A DNA stretch of 25,418 nt from NCBI GenBank assembly GCA_029974275.1, contig JARKSN010000152.1:1-25418 (forward strand), written 5' to 3'. Within the stretch, counting starts at the first letter, position 1. Each line of letters opens with the position of its first letter. Source of the DNA: Candidatus Hydrogenedentota bacterium. GTDB lineage: Bacteria; Hydrogenedentota; Hydrogenedentia; Hydrogenedentales; SLHB01. The position numbers and the translations under genes are program-made. Shown here piece after piece: positions 18,459-25,418 of the stretch. The notes under the pieces were generated by a model. The model saw only the letters and a program-made list of their open reading frames with translations. It did not search any database and had not been told where the DNA came from.

Positions 18459-18881
18459 ATGTCTGAAGATCCCGCGTTGATCATGGCGGTCGACGACGAC
18501 GCCGATTTTCTTGATATCTATCGTCACATTCTCCAACGAGGCGGCTACCGCGTTGCCTGTTGCGCGACGCCGGACGAGGCCGTCGCGGCGATGGAGGAAG
18601 ACCCGCCGCGGTTGATCATCACCGATCTCATGATGGATACGCTCCATTCGGGCTTTACGTTTGCGCGCGCGATACGCCAGGACCCGCGATACGGCCGCAT
18701 CCCTATCATTATCGTCACGGCCGCAGGCAGTCAACGCGGATTCGATTTTCGTCCTCAGACGGGCGAAGATTTAGAGGCCATGTGCGTCGACGCCTATTTT
18801 GATAAACCCGTCGAACCGAAGCAATTGCTCGCGAAAATCGCGGAGTTGCTCGCCGTTTCGAGCCGCGAGGTGGCGACATGA
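18459..18881 (+). CDS. Single-domain response regulator (receiver only)
   Basis: AVDDD, ITDLMM, IIIVTA, DKP. No output domain. Confidence 0.9.
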   Translation: MSEDPALIMAVDDDADFLDIYRHILQRGGYRVACCATPDEAVAAMEEDPPRLIITDLMMDTLHSGFTFARAIRQDPRYGRIPIIIVTAAGSQRGFDFRPQTGEDLEAMCVDAYFDKPVEPKQLLAKIAELLAVSSREVAT

Positions 18882-20356
18882 CCTATTCCCCCCCGCGCAT
18901 CCTCGTCGTGGATGACGAACTCGGGATGCGGGAAGGATGCCGCCGAATTTTGACCGAGGAGGGATTCGAGGTCGAAACGGCGGAAGATGGCATTACGGGC
19001 CTTGATCTCTTTCGCGATCATGGCGGCTTTGCGGTCGCCCTTGTCGATCTCAACATGCCGCGCATGAGCGGCCTCGATCTTATCCAACACATGCGCGAGT
19101 TGGACGACGACATCGTGATTTTCGTCATCACCGCGTATGCGGCGATCGAGACAGCTGTCGAGGCGACGCGGCGCGGCGCATACGGCTACATCCCGAAGCC
19201 CTTCACGCCCGACGAACTCCTGTTGCCCGTGCGCAACGGCCTCGAACGCCGCACGCTCTCGATCGAGACCAAGCGCCTACGCGAGGAACGCGAACGCCGC
19301 TTGCTCGAGGTCGCGTACGAACGCTCGCAATCCAGCACCATTATCGGATGCATGACCGACGGCGTGCTCGTCATCAACCGCGATCGCCAAATCGTGTTGC
19401 GCAATGCCGCGATGATCCGCATCCTGCCTGTGTGCGTTTCCTTGACGCTGTCATCGCCGCTCGAAGCGCTCGCGTGGGACGCCTTGCGCGACATCATCGA
19501 CGAGACGCTGTGCAACGGATCCACGCCAGGCATCGCGTCGAGAGAACTCGTGTTGGACAAGCAGACCTATCTGGCCAACATCAGTCCCATCTTCGATCCT
19601 AGCGGCGAGGTGCTGGGGGCGGTCGCGGTGTTGCGCGACATCACCGAACTGAAAAAACTTGAGACGGCCAAGTCCATGTTCGTTTCGATGGTGGCGCACG
19701 AACTCAAGAGTCCGCTCGCCGCGATCGAGAGCCAGCTCGGCATCTTGCTTCACGGCGCGGTCGAAGACGATCCCGCTAAATCGAAACAGCTTGCCGAGCG
19801 TTCGCTTGTGCGTGCACGCGGTCTGCGCACGATGGTCAACGACCTGCTTAATCTGACTGCCATGGAGACCGGAAATTTCACGTTGCGCCGTCAGCCACTG
19901 GATATTCGCGAACCGTTGCACGCAGCCGTCGACGCCGCACACGACCGGGCGTTGGAAAAGAAAGTCAACATCTCTCTCGACGTCACTCCTGAACTCGACG
20001 GCGTGCTGGTCCTTGCGGACAAGGACTCCATGTTCATGGTGTTCTCGAACCTCATCGACAACGCCGTGAAGTACACGCAGGGCCCCGGCCATGTGATCGT
20101 GACTGCAGCGAAACAAGACTCCGCCGTCCGCGTCATCGTGCGCGACACCGGTATCGGCCTCTCGCCGGACGAACGCGACAACATCTTCGACGAGTTCTTC
20201 CGCGCCAAAAACGAGTACACCGTCCATGTCCCCGGTACCGGCCTCGGCCTCTCCCTCGTCAAACGCCTCGTCGAGATGCACCACGGCCACATCGACGTTG
20301 AAAGCGAACGCGGCAAGGGCAGCGCCTTTACCGTCAGCTTACCAATCGCTGAGTAA
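18878..20356 (+). CDS. Hybrid REC-PAS-histidine kinase
   Basis: ILVVDDE / VDLNMP / KPF receiver. MTDGVLVINRDRQIVLRN PAS domain. VAHELKSPL, NLIDNAVKY, DTGIG, GTGLGL. ATGA overlap with the upstream receiver gene. Confidence 0.92.
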   Translation: MTYSPPRILVVDDELGMREGCRRILTEEGFEVETAEDGITGLDLFRDHGGFAVALVDLNMPRMSGLDLIQHMRELDDDIVIFVITAYAAIETAVEATRRGAYGYIPKPFTPDELLLPVRNGLERRTLSIETKRLREERERRLLEVAYERSQSSTIIGCMTDGVLVINRDRQIVLRNAAMIRILPVCVSLTLSSPLEALAWDALRDIIDETLCNGSTPGIASRELVLDKQTYLANISPIFDPSGEVLGAVAVLRDITELKKLETAKSMFVSMVAHELKSPLAAIESQLGILLHGAVEDDPAKSKQLAERSLVRARGLRTMVNDLLNLTAMETGNFTLRRQPLDIREPLHAAVDAAHDRALEKKVNISLDVTPELDGVLVLADKDSMFMVFSNLIDNAVKYTQGPGHVIVTAAKQDSAVRVIVRDTGIGLSPDERDNIFDEFFRAKNEYTVHVPGTGLGLSLVKRLVEMHHGHIDVESERGKGSAFTVSLPIAE

Positions 20357-20402
20357 CTCCGCTGCCATGGTTTCGGCGTTGCACATGTTGCAGGGCGACA
20401 AT

Positions 20403-20993
20403 CTATTCTGCCGATAGCATCTTTCGGGCGATCTCCAATTGCCTTGTGTTCGGGTGCAACGCCTCGATCAATTCCATGCTCACGTCTACTTGCGCTGCAT
20501 TAGAATATCTTTCGAGAGTTGCCTTGTCGGACTTGGCGACGATAGCCTGCAAGTGTTCTCGCTCAGTGATTGAGCGCAGGGCATCGGGGATGGTGGCCAC
20601 AATCTCATCCACCGCGGACCCCTGAAAAGCCTGTTTGTGAAGACGCGCCTGAATGTCCTTAATCTTGGCGTCCGCCTTTGCCATCTCGTCCTTGTTTCCG
20701 GCACTCTCGGCAGAGCGATAGGACGCCATCAACGGTTTCAACTCATCCTCAAACGCCTTCGATCCCGCAAAGGCAACTGCCAAGGCCCTGGAATCGTACA
20801 CACCGATTCGCACGCTCGCCTCGGCACTCGATGGCGGCTGTTGTGCTACGCCCCGCGCGGAAGTGGTAGCCGATTCCGCCGAAGACATCGCCCTTCCACT
20901 GGACTCCGGACGGCCCTCGACCTGGCTTTGCTGGCAACCTGGTCCTGAAGAGACGACCGCCAACAGCGCAATAAGCATCAACATTGTTTTCAT
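20403..20993 (-). CDS. Exported hypothetical protein, probable lipoprotein, with weak OmpH/Skp-like features
   Basis: ATG 20993 after AAGGAG. Hydrophobic signal ending in GC. VRIGVYDS followed by long helical segments and ...DVSMELIEAL, reminiscent of OmpH. The fold call is tentative. Confidence 0.6.
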   Translation of the reverse strand: MKTMLMLIALLAVVSSGPGCQQSQVEGRPESSGRAMSSAESATTSARGVAQQPPSSAEASVRIGVYDSRALAVAFAGSKAFEDELKPLMASYRSAESAGNKDEMAKADAKIKDIQARLHKQAFQGSAVDEIVATIPDALRSITEREHLQAIVAKSDKATLERYSNAAQVDVSMELIEALHPNTRQLEIARKMLSAE

Positions 20994-21077
20994 TGTTGGC
21001 ACTCCTTCTTTTGGTGTGTGCCACCCACTCTGGCGGCGTCTTCTGATTTAGCCACGGGAGAAACTCAGAGGACGCCC

Positions 21078-21101
21078 ATCTAGTTCATATATGAACTAGA
21101 T
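21078..21101. promoter_or_regulatory. Perfect 24-bp palindrome, probable repressor operator
   Basis: ATCTAGTTCATA-TATGAACTAGAT, located 16 nt downstream of a minus-strand TTGACA (21123-21118). Confidence 0.75.
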
Positions 21102-21315
21102 ACTAACGAAGCGAATATGTCAAGTTCCGATTTTGCTTTCTCGTGAATCATGGGCAGCGGCTCTTGTCTTCGTTGCCGCGCCAGGAAATCCACCTCAAAC
21201 CTCGGCCACTTGTTGTAAGACGCAGATTTGTCGCGCCCGGTACATGACGTTTGCATTCCCCTGCCTGGGTAAGGCATGTTCATGGTTTACTTGGGCAACG
21301 ATTGGGCGATATCTC

Positions 21316-22302
21316 ATGCGAATTGGAGCGATTGAACTCGAAAAACCGTTGGCGTTGGCGCCGATGGAAGACGTTACGGACGTATCGTTCCGGCTCATTT
21401 GTAAAGAGCTGGGCGTGGACCTGTTGTACACGGAGTTTGCGAGCAGTTCGGCATTGGTCCGGGATGTCGCGTCGACTACGCGCAAGATACGCGTGACGGA
21501 CATCGAGCGACCGATTGCCGTGCAAATCTTCGGCGGCGTCGAGGAACCAATGGACGAGGCGGCGCGGGTCGCCGAAGAGGCCTGCCCGGACTTCATTGAC
21601 GTCAACTGCGGCTGTTGGGTGCGCAAGGTGGTCCGGCGCGAGTCCGGCGCGGGGCTGCTCAAAAACCTCGCCAAGTTCGAGGCTGTCGTCCGCGCCGTCC
21701 TTAGCGGCACGAAGCTGCCCGTGACCGTCAAGACGCGCATCGGCTGGGATCAGGACAACATCGTGATCCTCGACGTCGCGCGCATGGTCGAGCAACTTGG
21801 CGTCCAGGCGCTTTCAGTGCACTGTCGCACGCGGAGTCAAGGGCATAGCGGCGCGGCGGACTGGTCGTGGCTCGAAAAACTCAAGCAGACGGTGTCCATC
21901 CCCATCATCGGCAACGGTGACATCAACTCCCCCGAGGACGTGAAGCGGATGTTCGAGACCGGCTGCGACGGCGTGATGATCGGGCGCGGCGCGATCTACA
22001 ACCCGTGGATATTCCGGCAAGCCAAGCATTACATGGCGACCGGCGAACTGCTCCCCGAGGCGACCTTGTCCGAACGCGTCGTGCTGTGCATCAAGCACCT
22101 ACTCCTGTCCATCGACTACAAGGGCCAAGAACGCGGCATCATCGAGTTCCGCAAGCATTACCAGGGTTACTTCCGCGGCATGCGCAACGTCGCAAAACTT
22201 CGCGCCGAACTCGTGCGCATGACGGACCCAGAAGAGATCATCGCGCGGCTGCGCCGATACGAGGATGAACTGTCGAGCGAGCCGGAGAACGTGGAGTTGT
22301 GA
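21316..22302 (+). CDS. dusB: tRNA-dihydrouridine synthase, DusB-like
   Basis: LAPMEDVTD, YTEF, VQIFG, IDVNCGC, PVTVKTRIGW, VHCRTR, GNGDI, DGVMIGRG, RKH. Confidence 0.9.
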   Translation: MRIGAIELEKPLALAPMEDVTDVSFRLICKELGVDLLYTEFASSSALVRDVASTTRKIRVTDIERPIAVQIFGGVEEPMDEAARVAEEACPDFIDVNCGCWVRKVVRRESGAGLLKNLAKFEAVVRAVLSGTKLPVTVKTRIGWDQDNIVILDVARMVEQLGVQALSVHCRTRSQGHSGAADWSWLEKLKQTVSIPIIGNGDINSPEDVKRMFETGCDGVMIGRGAIYNPWIFRQAKHYMATGELLPEATLSERVVLCIKHLLLSIDYKGQERGIIEFRKHYQGYFRGMRNVAKLRAELVRMTDPEEIIARLRRYEDELSSEPENVEL

Positions 22303-22322
22303 AAAATTCCTGAGAAAATTCG

Positions 22323-22351
22323 TTGATTCTGCGTCAGCAGTTCCGTAGTCT
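22323..22351 (+). promoter_or_regulatory. Possible promoter for araD
   Basis: TTGATT, 17 nt, TAGTCT. Overlapped by a short TCAGCA/TGCTGA inverted repeat. Confidence 0.4.
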
Positions 22352-22369
22352 TTTGCTGAAAGAGGGCCT

Positions 22370-23080
22370 ATGCTGGAATCATTGAAAGAAGAAGTCTTCG
22401 AGGCCAATCTCGAACTTGTGCGGCGCGGATTGGTGCTGGGCACATGGGGCAACGCGAGCGGATGCGACCGCGCCTCTGGGCTCGTCGCGATCAAGCCCAG
22501 CGGCGTCGCCTATGACACGATGCGGCCCGATCACATGGTCATAGTCGACCTCGACGGCAACGTCGTCGAGGGTTCTCTCCGGCCCTCCTCCGACACCCCC
22601 ACGCACCTCGTGTTGTACCGGGCATTCGATGGCGTCGCCGGCATCGTCCACACCCACAGCCACTACGCCACCGTCTGGGCGCAGGCGTGCCGCCCGATTC
22701 CCTGCTTCGGCACAACGCACGCCGATTATTTTTACGGCGAAATCCCCATTACCGATCCCTTGACCAAGGCCGAAATCGCCAACGCGTACGAACACAACAC
22801 CGGCGAAGTCATTGTGCGCCGCTTCAAAGAGCTAGCCCCCCTTCACGTCCCTGCGGTTCTTGTCGCCCAGCATGGACCCTTTGCATGGGGAGATGCGCCC
22901 CAAAAAGCAGTGGAAAGCGCGGAAGTTCTTGAAGAAATCGCCCGCATGGCGCTTGATGTCCTATCACTGTCGCCCGCGCAGCCTCCCATCGAGCGCCATC
23001 TACTCGACAAACATTTTTTCCGGAAGCACGGCGTTGGGGCGTACTACGGACAGAAGATCAATACGCCCGACCAGAAGTGA
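22370..23080 (+). CDS. araD: L-ribulose-5-phosphate 4-epimerase
   Basis: TWGNAS, IKPSG, PSSDTPTH, HTHS, GTTHADYFYG, HGPFAWG, DKHFFRKHG..AYYGQ. Confidence 0.93.
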   Translation: MLESLKEEVFEANLELVRRGLVLGTWGNASGCDRASGLVAIKPSGVAYDTMRPDHMVIVDLDGNVVEGSLRPSSDTPTHLVLYRAFDGVAGIVHTHSHYATVWAQACRPIPCFGTTHADYFYGEIPITDPLTKAEIANAYEHNTGEVIVRRFKELAPLHVPAVLVAQHGPFAWGDAPQKAVESAEVLEEIARMALDVLSLSPAQPPIERHLLDKHFFRKHGVGAYYGQKINTPDQK

Positions 23081-23122
23081 CGCCGGCACTCCGAACGGCG
23101 CGGCCCGGTCTGAATTTCCTTT

Positions 23123-23151
23123 TTGCTTTCCTGCAGCGCGTTTGCTAAACT
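23123..23151 (+). promoter_or_regulatory. Promoter for the zinc-ribbon gene
   Basis: TTGCTT, 17 nt, TAAACT, with an extended TG at 23143-23144. Confidence 0.5.
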
Positions 23152-23214
23152 CTTCTCTTTTCCCAATGCTATTTTAGACCAGACGCTGAGGTTGCTAACC
23201 GGAGAATATGCATC

Positions 23215-23517
23215 ATGCCGACTTATTCGTATGAGTGCCAGAAATGCGGATCAGTGACGGATGTCTTTCATGCCATGTCGGCTAGCCCGAAGGTGAAATG
23301 CGCGAATTGTGGAAGCGCCCGCACAAAGCGTCTCCTGGGCACTGGAGCGGGACTAATCTTCAAAGGGTCGGGCTTTTACGAAACGGATTACAAAGGCAAA
23401 AAGGACTCGTCCGGGGCGAAAACAAAAGGCGAGGCCACACCCGCCGCCCAAACGGATGCAAAACCGGCCGATACAACTTCCAAATCCAAGAAGGGCGGAT
23501 CGACAGAGGCCGCCTGA
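23215..23517 (+). CDS. FmdB-family zinc-ribbon protein
   Basis: MPTYSYECQKCG...CANCG...IFKGSGFYETDY followed by a low-complexity tail. Confidence 0.9.
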   Translation: MPTYSYECQKCGSVTDVFHAMSASPKVKCANCGSARTKRLLGTGAGLIFKGSGFYETDYKGKKDSSGAKTKGEATPAAQTDAKPADTTSKSKKGGSTEAA

Positions 23518-23628
23518 TTTTTTTGTCCGCCTTCCGTGCGCATACGGATGGGGGAATATCATGGCGTTTGCCATTGGCGCGCGAGAAGATTCGCGAACCG
23601 TGAAGGCGACAGGGTGGAGACGCATGCA

Positions 23629-24816
23629 ATGACGATGGATGAAATGAAGGCGCTCTGCGACACGCATATTCTCAACACCTACGGCCCCCGTAAGCTCGCG
23701 TTTGTCCGGGGCGAGGGCGCTCGATTATGGGACGCCGACGGCCGCGAATACCTCGATTTTTTCGCGGGCATCGCCGTGGTGAATCTCGGACACTGTCATC
23801 CCGCAGTAACCGACGCTCTGTGCGAACAGGCCCGCAAGCTGGTGCACGTTTCAAACTTGTACTACATCGAGCCCCAAATCGAACTGGCGGCGCTGTTGGC
23901 AAAACATTCCTTTGCGCAGCGCTGGTTCTTCTGCAATTGCGGCGCGACAGCCAACGAAGCTGCCATCAAGCTTGCCCGGAGATATTGGTGGCGAAAGGGG
24001 CAGTACAAGCCCTCCATCATCACCATGGACCATTCCTTTCACGGGCGAACGCTTGCGGCCATCACGGCGACTGCCCAGCCGAAATACCAGGAAGGCTTTC
24101 AACCGCTCGTTCCTGGCTTTATGTATGCGCCCTACGATGATCTGGAAACCCTTGAATCAATCATTACTCCCGACGTCGGCGCGATCATGCTCGAAGCGGT
24201 GCAGGGCGAGGGAGGCGTGCGAGTTCCCTCGCAGGGATACCTGCAAGCGGTCCGCGAACTCTGTGACAAGCGCAATCTCCTGCTGATACTCGACGAGGTC
24301 CAGACCGGCTTTGGCCGCACGGGCAAGTTGTTCGCCCACGAGCACGCCGGCATCGCGCCGGACATCATGACCGTCGCGAAGGCCCTCGGCAACGGCGTCC
24401 CCATAGGCGCTCTTGGTTGCACGGAAGAGGTATCGTCCGGTTTTTCCCCGGGCATGCACGCCTCGACCTTCGGCGGCAATCCCTTGTGCACGGTGGCGGC
24501 GCTCGCCACGGTGAAAACCCTGACGACGCCGGGTTTTCTCGACGACGTCGCCGAGAAAGGATCCTACTTCATTCATTCTCTGAAGGCGTTGGTCAAAAAA
24601 CACGCCGACATCGCCCAGGTCCGGGGCGTCGGCATGATGATAGGCGTGGAACTTACCCGCGATGTCGCCCCGATCGTCGCGCGCATGTTGGAGTCCGGCG
24701 TCATCTGCGGCCCCGCCGGCCCGAGAGTCATCCGCTTTGTGCCGCCCCTCATCGTGACGAAAGAACAAATAAACCGCGCGGCGGAATCGCTGGATGCCGC
24801 CTTGGGAGAGGCATAA
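23629..24816 (+). CDS. argD: Acetylornithine aminotransferase (class III PLP)
   Basis: YLDFFAGIAV..LGH, HVSNLY, ANEAAIKLAR, SFHGRT, VQGEGG, DEVQTGFGRTG, AKALG, STFGGNP. Coupled to argF. Confidence 0.9.
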   Translation: MTMDEMKALCDTHILNTYGPRKLAFVRGEGARLWDADGREYLDFFAGIAVVNLGHCHPAVTDALCEQARKLVHVSNLYYIEPQIELAALLAKHSFAQRWFFCNCGATANEAAIKLARRYWWRKGQYKPSIITMDHSFHGRTLAAITATAQPKYQEGFQPLVPGFMYAPYDDLETLESIITPDVGAIMLEAVQGEGGVRVPSQGYLQAVRELCDKRNLLLILDEVQTGFGRTGKLFAHEHAGIAPDIMTVAKALGNGVPIGALGCTEEVSSGFSPGMHASTFGGNPLCTVAALATVKTLTTPGFLDDVAEKGSYFIHSLKALVKKHADIAQVRGVGMMIGVELTRDVAPIVARMLESGVICGPAGPRVIRFVPPLIVTKEQINRAAESLDAALGEA

Positions 24817-25418
24817 TGCTGCACGATTTCGTGACCCTGCGTGACCTGACGGCAGATGAAATTCTGGGGCTGCTCGATCTGGCCGACGACCTCAAACGGC
24901 GGCAACGCAAGGGCATTGCCCACCGTTTGCTCGATGGCCAAACGCTCGCAATGATCTTCGAAAAGCCCAGTTTGCGCACGCGCGTCACCTTTGAAGCCGG
25001 CATTTTTCAGTTGGGCGGCCACGCCATCGTGATGGACTCAAGCCAATCGCGCCTCGGCGAACGCGAATCCGTGCCCGACGTTGCGCGCAACCTCGACCGT
25101 TGGGTCGACGGCGTCATGGCCCGCACCTTTAGCCACGAGGCCGTGGTCGAACTGGCCGAACACGCCTCCATCCCTGTCATCAATGCGCTTACCGACAAAC
25201 TGCACCCGTGCCAAGTGCTGGCCGATGCGCAAACCCTGCGCGAGCACAAAGGCGGCGACTTCAGCAGCCTCAAACTAGCCTTCGTCGGCGACGGCAACAA
25301 CGTGTGTGCGTCGTGGTTCAACTTCGCCGCGCGACTGCCGCTCAACGTGACGCTTGCCTGCCCCAAAGGCTACGAGGTCGAGGAGGAAATCCATGCCTAC
25401 GCGCAGCAACACGCGAAG
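24816..25418 (+). CDS. argF: Ornithine carbamoyltransferase, 5' part, truncated at window edge
   Basis: Not in the ORF track. ATG overlaps the argD stop (TAATG). Manual translation gives FEKPSLRTRVTFE, ESVPDVARNL, PVINALTDKLHPCQVLAD, VGDGNNV. Confidence 0.93.
   Translation, partial: MLHDFVTLRDLTADEILGLLDLADDLKRRQRKGIAHRLLDGQTLAMIFEKPSLRTRVTFEAGIFQLGGHAIVMDSSQSRLGERESVPDVARNLDRWVDGVMARTFSHEAVVELAEHASIPVINALTDKLHPCQVLADAQTLREHKGGDFSSLKLAFVGDGNNVCASWFNFAARLPLNVTLACPKGYEVEEEIHAYAQQHAK

Noticed and set aside
23172..23198. CIRCE-like element (…TGCTAA) before the zinc-ribbon gene
   Set aside because: The left arm and spacing do not fit TTAGCACTC-N9-GAGTGCTAA.
23494..23524. Possible intrinsic terminator at the end of the zinc-ribbon gene
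   Set aside because: Only a 5-bp stem with a long loop precedes the T-run, too weak to call.
24960..24990. SLRT instead of STRT, suggesting an N-acetyl/succinyl-ornithine transcarbamylase
   Set aside because: SLRT also occurs in ordinary OTCases, and HPCQ plus GDGNN fit a standard ArgF. The C-terminal motifs are outside the window.
1..25418. Hydrogenase maturases hydEFG, CRISPR arrays, tRNA/rRNA, transposases
   Set aside because: None seen. Maturases are often encoded elsewhere, so their absence from this window is not informative.

Overview
GC-rich bacterial chromosomal window, probably from a diderm anaerobe (RND/MFP pump, lipoproteins, [FeFe]-hydrogenase). The lineage cannot be fixed from the sequence. 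Left to right: a minus-strand TetR / RND adaptor / RND permease unit (permease truncated by the window edge), a lipoprotein metallophosphoesterase and an exported transglutaminase-like protein. Next is a ~14 kb hydrogen locus (6.1-20.4 kb), then a minus-strand lipoprotein with a palindromic operator, dusB, araD, an FmdB-type zinc-ribbon gene, argD and the 5' part of argF. The hydrogen locus encodes three [FeFe]-hydrogenase-fold proteins. (i) An RsbT-like Ser/Thr kinase is fused to a degenerate hydrogenase-like Fe-S domain, within a DRTGG/DRTGG/PHP/HATPase module. (ii) A heterotetrameric HndABCD/HydABC-type enzyme has a flavin subunit that keeps bifurcating-type NuoF motifs, but its C-terminal ferredoxin domain is replaced by an entire NADPH-type GltD/NfnB-like module. 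(iii) A group C sensory hydrogenase is fused to a histidine kinase and followed by a lone receiver and a REC-PAS-kinase, with no DNA-binding output in the window. Also seen: a degenerate direct repeat flanking a DUF4190-like gene inserted in the regulatory module, and a perfect 24-bp palindrome overlapping a promoter. All family calls are from motif recognition by eye, not database searches.
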